DNA from: Scenedesmus sp. PABB004
Taxonomy: Eukaryota
DNA: 64,000 nt
Assembly: GCA_014905635.1 (NCBI GenBank)
Contig: JABVCE010000019.1
Location: 124,001 to 188,000, forward strand
Direction of reading: 5' to 3'
Below are positions 12,662-31,679 of this stretch, piece by piece (within the stretch, counting starts at the first letter, position 1; each line of letters starts with the position of its first letter). A program made the position numbers and the translations under genes. Below the pieces are notes generated by a model. That model was not told where the DNA came from and searched no databases. It saw nothing but the letters and a program-made list of their open reading frames with translations.

Positions 12662-13550
12662 AAGAAAACTTTCGAGCCCGCAAACTGCGCCCGGCAGCGC
12701 GCGATCGGCCGGAAATGCGTAGCGTAGCTCACTCTTCGGCGTGTCACTCGGAAGGGATATGTGACAAGCGGTGCGCGCAGCGCCGCTGGCTGCCTTGGTT
12801 CAGCCCTGACTCCACCGGGTGAGCAGTCGATGTTCTGGGCAGTATTTCTCACGTGAACGAACGTGCAGCAGCGGCTGTGGGGCTGGCGATGCTAAGCAGC
12901 GCGCGGGTACTCAACGGCCTGCTGCCTTTCGGTCGTGCCAAGAATACCAACGGTAAAGGTCGTTTTCAGCCGCCGTCAGCCATCAGGCAGCACCGGGGCA
13001 CGCCCACCGCTGCGCGCGGCGCGGCCGCCCTGAGCCCAGCAGTCGCGGCGCGGCGCAGCCAAGATGCTCGTCCAGGCCCGCCTCACCCACCCGCCTCACC
13101 CACCGCCTCCCCCGCCCCTGGTGCAGGTCCGGGACGCGCTGGACTGAGCGCGGCGACGACGCGACGGTGGCGTGCCGGCGGCGGCAACCCTGAGCGTGGT
13201 CCACCGGCTCCGCGCGCACTGACCCGCTCGCATGCCTCAGCACCCCCGCGCGAGTGCAGCACCGACCCGCCCGCCGCGCGGAACGCAGCCCGCCGCTGCC
13301 CCGCTGCGCCGCGTGTGATCACGCTCGGGCTTGGCGTCGCTGCGGGCGGCGCTGCGGCGCCGCGCGCTGAGCGCCGGGCCGCGTCGGGGCCGAGCCCCCC
13401 CCCCCCCCCGCACGGCCACCGCCCCGCTGCACCAGCCGCCGCGGCGTGCGAGCACCCACCAACACCACCGCCTGGGCACGCGCGGCGCGCCAGGGCCAGG
13501 CAGCCGGCGGCCCACCGCCGCCCGGAGCAGCGCGCGCGTGTGCTGTCGCG

Positions 13551-14402
13551 ATGTGGCTCTACGGGGTAAATGACCTTGACCTTGACCTTGGCTCGGCCGC
13601 CGCCGCGTGAGCGTGGCGGGCGACGAGCAGGGCCTGCTGTTGGAGGTGCAGCCCCGGGAGCGGCGCTGCTGCTGCCCGCCGCTCTGGCGGCGCGGCGGCG
13701 TGCCGCGCAGCGAGCTGCGATACGGTGCGTAGGGGCGACTCCCGGCGGGGCCCGGTGGCTGTGCTACCGCCATGCGCTGGCGCCGACGCTCTGGGCCGCG
13801 CCCGCCCCATGCTGTCACCGCCGCCCGCGCGCAGTGCCGTTTGCTGAGGTCGCCTCGCTGCGCTGGCCGGCCCCGGCCCACGGCGCGCGCTGTGCGCTGG
13901 AGCTGTCGGTGCTGCAGCGCGCGTCGCGGTGGCCCTGGCTGTGGGGCCTGGCGACGCTGGCGCTGAGCGGCGACGCGCGGGAGGTCGAGGCGCTGGCGGC
14001 GCGCGTGCGGGGCGCGCTGGCGGCTGCGCCAGGGCGCCCCCGGCGACTGTTGGTGCTGATCTACCCCATTGGAGGCCGCCGCACAGCGCAGCGCACGTGC
14101 GCCGCCGTCGCGGCGCCCGCGCTGGCGGCAGCGGGCGTGCAGTGCGACGTGGTTTGCACCACGCACCAGGTGCGCTGCGCGCCGCGGCCGCTATGCGCGG
14201 GCGGCCGCCCCGAGCCCGGTCGTCACGACGGGGCACAGCCGTCCCCCGCCGCCTCGGCCGCCCCTGGTGCAGGGCCACGCGGAGGCGGTGGTGCGGGGCC
14301 TGGCGCTCGAGCGCCTAGCGGAGCTCGACAGCGTCGTGGGCGTCGGCGGGGACGTGCTGTTCAGCGAGCAGCTGGCCAGCGTGCTGCAGCACCCGCACCC
14401 CG
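13551..14402 (+). pseudogene. Sphingosine/ceramide kinase-like (DAGKc) pseudogene, 3'-truncated
   Basis: RRLLVLIYPIGGRRTA (canonical NPxGG altered to YP), AAGVQCDVVCTTHQ, an intron, then GHAEAVVRGL...VVGVGGDVLFSE (GGDG altered to GGDV). A frameshifting insertion lies near the start. Confidence 0.75.
13554..13594 (+). mobile_element. 29-bp insertion with a (TGACCT)3 tail and a 6-bp target-site duplication TGGCTC
   Basis: TGGCTC-TACGGGGTAAATGACCTTGACCTTGACCT-TGGCTC. The paralogous site at ~3692 is empty (single TGGCTC). Confidence 0.7.
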
Positions 14403-14740
14403 CGTGCACGTGTGCGCGCGCGGGGGGGCGCTGTGCATCGACGTGCCCGGCGTCTGCGAGACGTGGGAGGGCCCGCTGCCGCGCCCCGCGGCTGCCTGGC
14501 TACACCTAGAATTGGGCAGCTGTGTGCGGACGGGCAAGGCGGCGGCGTCGGCTTCTTTGCGGCAGGCGCGATTGCGCCGCTCGTTACGGCCCACCACCCC
14601 CTACACCTCGCTGAGTCGCTGAAGCTGGAGCTGCGCGGCGCACCTGCGGCTGGTGCGTCAGTTGCTGCGGCTGCAACTGTGCGTTGCCGAGCAAGGGTGT
14701 TCTCGGGCTCTCTCGGGCGCGCGCGATCACAAACCTCGCG

Positions 14741-15600
14741 GGCCGTGGCTCGGTGGCGCTGCGCTACCAGGAGGCCTTTGGCAGCGGCGCCTTCTCTTCT
14801 CGCTCGTTCACGCGCCGCGCCGGCGTGCCTTGCGCCCGGGGCTACCTGGGCTGGCTTTGTGGTCCTGCCGGCCCGCGGCGTGGCAGGGCGGCGGAGCTGC
14901 TCATGCGCCTGCGCATTGAGTGCCTCCCGCTGCGTGCTGCCCATGGCGGCACGCGTCGGGGGGAGTCGCCTGCGCAGCAGGCGGAGCGGAAGCGCTGCCC
15001 TGCTGCACTGGGCGTGCGCCCGAGTCGACCGCGCACTTTCTCTTTGACTGCACCGCGCCTGGCCGCCCTGCACGCCTCGCTGCCCTGCTCGCGAACCTCG
15101 GTACGCATGCTGCCATGATGGTTGCTGGCACAATGGCTGCGCGCCTGCGTTCGGCTGGCGTTCCTGTGGTGGCGCCCCCTGGCGCTGGCATCGGCGGCAA
15201 CCTGGACCTGGAGCCTGGGACTGGAGCCGGCGGCAGCGGCAGCGGCAGCGATCCCGGCGTCTGGCTGGTGCGGCGGCCCCCTGGGCTGCTGACGCCGGTG
15301 CGGCGGTAAGCATCAGCGACAGCGACATCGCGGCTGGTGCGGTGGTCTCTCAGGCCACTGATGCCGCTGCGGCGGTCAGCGTCAGCAGCGTCGATGCTGT
15401 TGCGGTGGCCCCTCGGGCTGCTATTACAGGCGCGGCGGGTCGGAGTGCAGCGCTGGAGCTCGCGCAGCGCTATCTGCTTGGCGATCTGCTGCAGGATCAG
15501 CTTGCAGTGCACTCGGTGGCGGATTATGTAATGGATATTTACAATATGCGGGACACCGCCCTTAAGGGGCGCGAGGTCAATGGGCGCGAGCCTGAGATGT
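14741..15600 (+). mobile_element. 5'-truncated non-LTR retrotransposon, 3' end, copy 1 (degenerate)
   Basis: Homologous to 16403-17136 and 17160-17408. Encodes CPAA...PESTAHFLFDC (CCHC-like) and the terminal YVMDIYNMRDTALKGREVNGREP. Confidence 0.8.
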
Positions 15601-15772
15601 CTTTTTTTTAAACCTCATCGCAAATGGCCGCCATTAGCTGACAGGTATTGCACCGCGTGTAATTCATTGATTCACCCCGCATCTGCAGCCGCACCACGTT
15701 GGCGCCATGGACCACACGCCGAGCGCCCTCAGCGCACCCTTCCGAGTCATTCGCTGACATTGAATTGCTGGA

Positions 15773-17428
15773 GTGGCCTACCAGTGGTCGTGGGGCGCGG
15801 AGCAGGTGCCGCGCATCACTGGGTACAAGTACCTGGGCGCGTGGCTGACGGCCGACCGCAGCGCCCGCGGCTGGGACGCCCACCTGCAGCGCCGCAAGGC
15901 TGCTGCGGACAAGGCGTTCTGGGCTCAGTCGGCGGTGCTGCGCGAGCGGCGCCTGCCGCTGCGCCTGCGCCTGTTCACGCTCACGGGCGTGGTGCAGCCT
16001 GTGTTGACGCACGCGGCCCAGGTCTGGGCCCGCCCCACGGTCGAGCGCCGCGCGGAGCTCGACTCGTGGCAGGCGGGGCTGGTGGCGCGCATGACCGGGT
16101 GCCCGCCCAACGTGTCGCACGCGTGCCTGCAGCAGGAGCTGGGCATCACCCCGCTGCATGTCGTGTGCGACACCCTCATGCTGCGCTACTGGCACCGCCT
16201 GCGTGCCCTGCCAGCCGACCGCCTGCTGCGCCGCGTTGCCGACGCCTGGCCCGCCACGCCGTGGTGGAAGGGCGTGGGCGGCCTCCTGCAGGACTACGGC
16301 GTCGATGTTGTGGCTACTGCTGGCATGAGCCGCAACGAGTTTGCTGCCCACCTTTGCGACCTTGCTGGCGACCACATCGATGGCGCCTGGGAGGCCGCCG
16401 CCGGCCGCGGCTCGGTGGCGCGGCGCTACCGGGAGGCCTTTGGCAGCGGCGTCTTCTCTACTCGCTCCTTCACGCGCCGCGCCGGCGTGCCGTGCGCCCG
16501 GGATTACCTGGGCTGGCTCTGCAGCCCCGGCGGCCCGCGGCGCGGCCGGCCGGCGGAGCTGCTGATGCGCCTGCGCGTGGAGTGCCTCCCGCTGCGCGCT
16601 GCCCGCAGCCACGCGCGCCGGGGGAGTCGGTCGCGCAGCAGGCGGAGCGGGAGCGCTGCCCCTGCTGCGCGGCGCGCGCGCCCGAGTCGGCCGCGCACTT
16701 TCTCTTTGAGTGCGGCGCGCCCGGCCGCCCTGCGCGCCTCGCTGCGCTGCTTGCGGACCTCGGTGCCAGCGGCGGGGGCGTGCATGCTGGCGCGCTGGCT
16801 GCGCACCTGCGTACGGCTGGTGTTGCGCTGGCGGCCAGCGGCAGCCAGGAGCTGGAGGCTGGAGCTGGCGGCGGCGGCAGCGGCAGCGTCAGCGACCCCG
16901 GCGTCGTGGCTGGCGCGGCGGCCCCTCGGGCTGCTGACGCAGGCGCGGCGGTCAGCATCAGCGACAGCGGCGTCGCGGCTGATACGGCGGCACCTCGGGC
17001 TGCTGGTATCGGCGCGGCGGTCAGCGTCAGCAGCGTCGCTGCTGGTGCGGCGGCCCCTCGGGCTGCCGCTGCCGGCGCGGCGGGTCGGTGTGTAGCACTG
17101 GAGCAGGCACGGCGCTATCTGCTTGGTGACTTGCTGATAAAGATAAATATAAAGATAGTTACACCACAGGCTCGCGCCCATTGGTCCCGCGCCCCTTAAG
17201 GACGGTGTCCCGCATCTTCCAGATGTCCATCACATAATCTGCCACGGAGTGAACAACAAGCTGATCCTGCAGCAGGTCACCAAGCAGATAACGCCGAGCC
17301 TGCTCCAGTGCTTCACACCGACCCGCCGCGCCGGTAACTGCAGCCCGAGGGGCCGCCGCACCAGCAGCGACGCTGCTGATGCTGACCGCCGCGCTAACAT
17401 CAGCAGCCCTTGCTGCAGGATCAGCTTG
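15773..17428 (+). mobile_element. 5'-truncated non-LTR retrotransposon (RTE/RTEX-like), copy 2; interrupted by an inverted copy
   Basis: RT C-terminal YKYLG motif and RLFTLTGVVQPVLTHAAQVW. After a frameshift near 16620 comes the zinc knuckle CPCC...ESAAHFLFEC. The sequence resumes (CAGGATCAGCTTG) at 17416 after the nested insert. Confidence 0.85.
17137..17408 (-). mobile_element. Short 3'-terminal copy 3 of the same retrotransposon, inverted, with a microsatellite tail and 7-bp TSD
   Basis: Minus strand reads RRYLLGDLLQDQLVVHSVADYVMDIWKMRDTVLKGRGTNGREPVV*, then CTATCTTTATATTTATCTTTAT. Flanked by CTTGCTG at 17130-17136 and 17409-17415. Confidence 0.85.
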
Positions 17429-18426
17429 CCATTGGTCCCGCACCTGCCCGGGGCCGCCTGGCGGTGCGCGCGCTGAGGGCGTGGGGCCGCAGTGCAGGCT
17501 CGGCTGGAGCGCTGGACAACCTTGCGCGCAGCCGGTTGGGGGCTTGCTGCGGGCGTGCTTGCCTGGGACGCCCGGCGCTTTGCCCAGCACATCGCACATC
17601 GCGCGGGAGCGTGCATCAGTGCAGCGTGGCAGCGCGGGGCGCAGCTGGCACACCAGCGGCATTGCAGCACGTAGCACGCGGGCTGTTGGCCCTGGCGCGC
17701 GCCCCCCGCGCTGCGGCGCCCAGCGCCCGCCGCACCGCGCGCGCCGCGCGCTGCGCCGCAGGAGGTGAACGCGCTGGACGGCGAGGTGCGGAAGCGGCTC
17801 CCTTTCTGTATCAAGGTCAAGGTATCACCGGCAGCGACACCGCGCCGACCAAATGCACGCGCGCTGCCCCGCCCGCTGCCCCGTCCGCTGGTGCCACGCG
17901 GCGGCGCTGCCACCGGCTTGTACGCCAGCGCCGCTGGTGGCTGATCGGCGCCGACGGCAGGTGCTTGCGGAGGCGGCATTGCTGCTGACGCTCGCGCTGC
18001 CGCTTCCTACGTAGATACGAGGTCGACACGGTGTCAACGCAGCCCGGCCGCGCCAGTCGGGGCCGCGGCGCTGCCTGCTTGGTGCTGTTCTTGTCCAGCC
18101 GCAGAGCCACTGGCAGGGCGCGTTCTGGTGGTTGTGGGCCACGCGGCGCCTTCAAGTTGGGGCGCAGCATGGTGAATTTTGGTGTGTTGCAGGCCGCCCC
18201 GTTGGCTCGCCTTGTTGGTTACACAACAAGGCGCCTGAGCCCGCCCCGGGGTCCAACGGGATCTCCAGACAATTTCCTACCATTTTCTGGGCACATATTT
18301 TGCGAAACGCGAAAACCGTGTATTTAAGCGTCAGCGTACATATCTGCATAGCTGCCCGGACGACGCATCTCATCCTAAACCGACCACTCCACCCGGAGTG
18401 AGGCGTCATCTTCCCTTGCACTGCAA

Positions 18427-18499
18427 GGTCCTATGGCCAAATGGATAAGGCGTCGGTCTACGGAACCGAAGATTCCAGGTTCGACCCCTGGTAGGATCA
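18427..18499 (+). tRNA. tRNA-Arg (anticodon ACG)
   Basis: 73-nt cloverleaf: GGTCCTA/TAGGATC acceptor stem, TCGGT-CTACGGA-ACCGA anticodon arm, GGTTCGACCC T-loop. A TTTT Pol III terminator follows. Confidence 0.97.
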
Positions 18500-19548
18500 C
18501 TTTTGCAATCAGGCCCGAAATGCGCGCCCCCTGTTGCTGCGAGGGTCTCCCAGCGGCGCCTGCGCCGCCGGGGCGCCGCCGGGGCGCTGCGGGCGCCGGC
18601 CGCGCGCTGCGGCAGCGCCGCTGCCCACGGGCGGACGCAGCCGCGGCCGCGGCGGACCTCCTTGGCGGGTGTGTGGGGGTGCACCAGACACCGCGCGGCG
18701 CGCCCCCGGCTGCGGCGAGCGCGCCGCGCCGCGGTGCGCGCCGCCGACGCCGCCCGGCGCGAGCGCGGTGCCCAGCGGCGGCCAGGCTCCGGCCGCCGCA
18801 CGGCGCGCGGCTGCGGCGCGCGCCTGACCGCGGGGTGGAGAGTCTGGCCACCAGCACGCACGCCGCGGGCCGGTCCTCGCCCCGCGGCGCCGGCCGAGAG
18901 CGCGCCGCGCCGCCGGCGGCCCGAGCCAGGCCCCGGGCGCTGCGCCGCCGCTCCCGCGCGCGCGGCGGCCGGCGGCCGGCGGGCTGCCGTGGTGCGCGGG
19001 CCGTGAGCGCTCACTCTCGCGCACTCGCTGGATCGCAGGCGTCCTGGGGGGTGGCGTGTGGCGCCTTGTGCAACGGCCCCGGCGCCCGCTTCGCGCAGCC
19101 CCCAGCCCGCGGCGCGCCCGGCTCGGAGGGCGTGCAGTCGGGCTTCCCCAACCTGCTTGGCGGGCGCGGAGGTGAGGCGATGCCGCGTCGCGCGGGGGAG
19201 GGCGGGCGCATCATCAGTGGGCGGGCGGCAGCTGCCGGGCGCTGCGTGCGGCTCACCCTTTCGGGCCAGCCCGGCCATCGCACCAACTGGGGCGCCCTCT
19301 CGGCAACCAGCATCACCAGACGCACGGTGGCAGTGCGGGCGCGGCGCAGCCGGCAGCAGCGACAGCTCGCGCCCGCCAGCGCCCGCCGCCGCCGCCAGCA
19401 GGCAGCGCCTGCGAGGTCCGCACGGCCGGGCGGCCCCAGCTGACAGGTGACCCAGCCGCACTCATCGCCACTCTCGCCGCCGCAACTGCCGCCGCAGGCC
19501 ACAGGCGCGCGGCCAGCCCGCGCCTGGGCGTGGCGCCGGCCGGCAGCC

Positions 19549-22500
19549 ATGCGCGCGGCGGCGGCGCTCGCCGCCTGCTGCTGCTGCTGCCTCGCCGCGG
19601 CGGCGGCGGCCGCGGCTGCGGCGGCCACGGCGCCCTGGGCGGGCGACCTGGAGGGGCCCGAGCAGCTCGCCGCGTACGTGGCGGGCCTGCACGCCAACAG
19701 CACCGTGCTGCCGGCGTCGCTGCTCGCGGAGCCGGCGCTCGGCCTGCGCGGGCGCGCGCTGCTCGCGGCGGCGCAGGACGTCGGCGCGTGGCAGGCCAAG
19801 GGGCGCTACGTGGTCATCCAAAACCCCAGCATGCCGGGTGCGGCGCGGCGCGGCAGCGCGGCGCGCGCCGGCCTCGGCCGGCGGCGCAGGTCGCCCCGCC
19901 GCCGCGCGCCGCGCCGCGCCAACCCACCAACCCGCGCCGCGCTCGCGCGTGCCCGCCCGCGCGCGCCGCAGACCGGCGCAGCAGCACCGGGCAGGTCGCG
20001 ATCCACTCGGTGCTGCTGCCGGGGAGCTACCGCATTCTGCTCTTTGGCCGCAACCTGCCCAAGGCCGGGCCGAAGTCGACGCCCGAGCCGCGCGTCGGTG
20101 GCAACGTCTCGACCGTCTACGACGTGCGCACCGGCGACTACGTGGTGCGCAGCGGGGTTGAACCGGGCACCTTGAGGGCGCGCAGCTGGGGGGCAGCGCC
20201 GTGCGGGCCTGCCGCTGCCGCCCGCGTGCGCGCAAGGCCCGGCCGCCGGCGCGCACGCCCCCCCCCCCACCCCGCCCCCGCAAAACCCTGGGCGCACCCG
20301 CCCCCCGCAAAACCCTGGGCGCGCCAGGTGACGCCCAACTACGAGACCCTCTTCTGCGCGGGCCACACGACGCTCAGCGACGGCACCGTCGTCGCGGCGG
20401 GCGGGGACATGGGCTTTGGATACGACTGGATGCGCGAGGGCCGCGACGTCGTACGCCTCTTCCACCCGTGCGCGCGCCGCCGCCGCCGCCGCGCCGCTCG
20501 TTTGTGCGCCGCGCCGCCCGTGTGTGTGTTTGTGTCGCCGCGCGCTGCTCGTTCAAGACGCCATCGCTGCCGGTGGCCCAACGACGCCCCGCCCCGCCGC
20601 CGCCGCCGCCGCAGGGACACCAACACGTGGGAGACGCTGCCGGGCGTGAAGCTCAGCGAGTTCCGCTGGTACCCCACGCAGGTGCGGCGCGGCGGGCGGG
20701 GTTTTGCGGGGCTCCCAAAACCCCAGGCGGGCTGTTTCGGCGCCCGGCGCGGCGAGCCCCCCCCCCCACCACCACCACCACCACACACACAGCCCCCCTG
20801 CCGTCGCTGCTGGGCCCCGCACGGCCTCGCGTCAACCCTTGAAACCCCAAACCCCAAAACCCTCGGCCCCTGCCGCCGCCGCCAGGTCAACCTGCCGGAC
20901 GACCGCGTGATCATCGTGAGCGGCTTTCTCGACGACCCCGCCCGCCAGACGGGCAAGCCGGCGCCGAGCATCGACGTCTACGACCACAAGTCACGCAGGT
21001 GCGTTTGTGTTGGTTGCTGGTTGTGTGTGTCTGTGTTGGTTGTGTGTGTCTGTGTTGGTTGTGTGTGTTTGTGTTGGTTGTGTGTGGTGTGTGGTGTGTG
21101 CTGTTGCGGGCTGTTGGGGGGAGAGGGGGGGGGGGGGGGCTTGGCCCGACCCACCCGACCCGACCCGACCTGACCCCGCGTGCGGGCGGCGGCCAGGCTG
21201 CGTCGGGAGGGGCCGTTTGGGGCCGCCCCCGCGCCGCGCGCGGCGGCTTATGTGCGGCGCAGCGCGCACCCCCTGCACGCTACGTCCACACCACCACGAA
21301 AGCACCCGATCCCATCAGAACTCGGAAGTTAAACGTGGTTGGGCTCGACTAGTACTGGGTTGAGGGATCACCTGGGAACCCCGGGTGACGTAGTGTGCTT
21401 CTTGTGTTTTCTGGGTTGAGGGATCACTCACCCTGAGTTTTGCTTCTTTTTGATTTCTTTTCCTAAGGGCGGTGTGTGGTGCGTGCGTGCGCGCGCGCGT
21501 GCGTCTCCCCTCCCACTCCCGCCCCTCAACCCTCACCCCCCCCCCCGGCACCCCTCACCGCCGCGCGCGCCCGCAGCATCGTGCTGCGCCGCAGCCGCTA
21601 CGAGCTGGGCAAGTCCTTTTTCACCAATATCACCCCCGGCTACCAGCTCTACCCCGCGGTCTTCCTCATCAACTGGGTCGACCCGGCCAAGCCGGGTGCG
21701 GCGACGCGCGGGCTGCGCTGCGTTTGCGCCGTTCGCAGCCGGGGGGGGGGGGGGGTGTTGCGCGCGCGCGCCGCGCGTGCGTGTTCGCTGTGTCTGGGTT
21801 GTTCCAGCCCGACGGGGGCGCCCCGCGGCTCTGCGCGCCTCAACACCGCTCAAACCCCGCCGCCCCGCTGAACCCTCCCAAACCCTGCCGCCCCTCCAAA
21901 ACCCCCTCCAAAACCCCGCCGCCTGCGCAGACGACTACTTCCTCTTCATGTACACCTGCCGCACCGGCCAGGTCGTGCGCTTCACGTCCGGCGGCGACTT
22001 TGTCCCGCTGCGCAACCTGCCAGGCCTGCCGATCGAGAACCTGTGCACGAGCTTCAGTGCCATGGGCAGCGCGGCGGTGCTGCCGCTCAAGCCCAAGAGC
22101 GACTACGCGTTTGAGGTCGCCATCTTTGGCGGCGGCACGCAGGCGCGCGCGCGGCGCGCGCGGCGCGCGGCGCGGCGCGCGGCGCGCGGCGTGGCGCGCG
22201 GCGCGCGGCGCGGGGAGGGCGGGCGGGAGGGCGGGAGGGGCGGCGCGCAGGCGAGCGCGGCGCGCGGCGCGACGCAGGGAGGGAGGCAGGGAGTGGAGGA
22301 GGGAGGGAGGGGCGGCGCGCCGTGCGCAGCACCAGGGCCGCCGCGCCGTACGCTTGCGCTCACGCTCGCGCACGCCCGCGGCGCGCGGCGGTGCACGCAG
22401 GGCAAGGGCATGGACTGCAAGGGCGTGTGCAACGCCCCCGCCTCCAACACCATCTTCCGGTGCGGGCGCGGCGGTGGCCGCGCAGCGCGGCTCGGCTCGG

Positions 22501-23680
22501 GCCCAGCACGGCGCAGGGCGGCACGCGCGCGCCGCCGACGTGCCGGCGCTGATCGCCGCCGCCGCCGCCGTGTCCGCGACCCCTGCCGCCGCCGCCGCAG
22601 CTTCAAGCTGCCGACGCTGGCGGCCGCGCTTGCGGGCAACTGGCCGGGCGACTGGCAGTGGAGCGGGGGGCGCAAGTGGGAGGAGATGCCGCTGCCGCGC
22701 GTGTTTGCAGACGCGGTGCTCCTGCCCAACGGCCAGGTGGGTGTGTGTGTGTGTGGGGGGGGGGGGGGGGTTGTGCGACGCCACGCGCAGCTCGCCGCCG
22801 CGCACGGCTGGCCGCACGCCCCCGCGCCGCGCGCAGCTCACGCCCCCCCCCCCCCCACACACACACACACGCACACAGATCGTGATCCTCAACGGCGCGC
22901 AGCGCGGCGTGCCCGGCGGCGGCATCGACGGCGGCTCGACCGCCAAGACGGGCGCCTACACCGCGCTGCTGTACGACCCGGAGGCCCCGGCCGGGCAGCG
23001 CATGACCGAGCTCGCCACGAGCGGCATCCACAGGCGCGCGCGCGCGCGCCCCTCTGGGCGGCGTGTGGGCGGCGCGCGCGGGGGGCGCGTGGGCTGCGGG
23101 GCGTGGGTGGGGGCTGCCCCGCACCACCGCACGCCCCGCACCCACCCATTCACTCACTCAATTGCTCACCCTCCACACCCTCCACACACACCACACACGC
23201 CCCGCGCTTAGGTACTACCACTCCAACGCCCTCCTCCTCCCCAGCGGCGACGTGTGGGTCGCGGGCAGCGAGCAGGGCGACTGCGTCGACGACTGCGCGT
23301 CCGGCGGCAAGGCGCCGCCCGACCAGGAGTACCGCGCCGAGCTGCTGCAGCTGCCGTACGCGTTCCGGCCGCGCCCCGAGATCACGGGGCTGTCGTCCGA
23401 CGCGTTGAAATACGGCGGCAGCGTCACGATCACCTACGCGCCGGCGTCGACCTACATCGAGACCGCGGTGCTCATCCCGCCGGGGGCCAACACGCACTCG
23501 CTCAACATGATGCAGCGCGCGGTGTTCCTCAAGGTCACCGCGCGCGCGGTGGGCAGCCTGACGGTCGCGATCCCGCCGTTCTCCGCGCGCCTGCTAAACC
23601 CCGGGACCTACATGCTTTGGATCAACACCCCCGGCAAGGTGCCCTGCAAGGAGGCGCGCTGGGTGCGGCTCGGGCAGTGA
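19549..23680 (+). CDS. Secreted copper-radical oxidase (glyoxal/galactose oxidase-like, CAZy AA5); multi-exon
   Basis: Signal peptide; AIHSVLLP, LFCAGH (Cys), RWYPT (Tyr), RYYHS (Tyr-His), NTHSLNMMQR (His, C-terminal Ig-like domain). Stop at 23678-23680. Confidence 0.9.
21003..21100. repeat. Intronic GT-rich compound microsatellite
   Basis: Repeated TGTGTTGGTTGTGTGTGT-like units. Confidence 0.85.
21277..21396 (+). rRNA. Complete 5S rRNA gene (120 nt) inside an intron of the oxidase gene
   Basis: ACGCTACGTCCACACCACCACGAAAGCACCCGATCCCATCAGAACTCGGAAGTTAAACGTGG...GGGAACCCCGGGTGACGTAGTGT matches the chlorophyte 5S pattern. The ends pair (ACGCTACGT/ACGTAGTGT). TTTT at 21407-21410. Confidence 0.96.
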
Positions 23681-24306
23681 TGAGCCGCTGCGAGCCGCTG
23701 CGAGCCGCGGCGAGCCGCGGCGGCGGCGCGCGGTGCGCGCGCGGCACGGAGCGGACGCGCGCAGGCGCGGGCGGCGCGCGGCGGCAGCCGCGCGCCCCCG
23801 CGGCGCGGCGCGGCGCGGCGGCGCTGCTGCGAGCGCAGCGAGCCGCCTGCGCCCGGGGGCGCCAGGGGTGGCGGCGAGCGGTAGCGGTGGTGGTGGCGGG
23901 GCCTTGAGCGTGGGCGTGACCAGCGCACCTACTTGACCAGTGCAGTGAGAATGGAGGGGGGCTGCTGGTGGGAGGCCTGCTGCGCCGGGCAGCGGACGCA
24001 TATATCACGCCGCCTGTGCGCGTGCTTTGTGCACTGTCCGCCGGGCGGGCCGCGCGCGCTGGCGGCGGTCCACTTTCAGTTCAGCGAACCCCGCAACACC
24101 ACATTCGATTCACTTGAGCGCTGAACTCTGGGCCGAGGCGGCGGCGGCGGCATGAACCGACGGGGCGGAGGCCGGCGGGGCACCGCCTGTAACCGCGGCG
24201 TGCCTGAACCCGCCCGCGCCCTGGCCGCCGCGCGCCGCGCTGCCGCCTCACTCCTGCGGCCCGGCCGACCTCGCGGGCGGGAGGCGGCCGCGAGGCAGCG
24301 AGCGCC

Positions 24307-31679
<7,373 letters not shown>

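Noticed and set aside
14741..18499. tRNA-targeted integration of the LINE cluster
   Set aside because: The nearest copy is ~1 kb from the tRNA, and a single locus cannot show targeting.
17450..19540. Long Arg/Ala/Pro-rich ORFs around the tRNA
   Set aside because: Stop-poor frames are expected at this GC content. No domain motifs or consistent exon structure.
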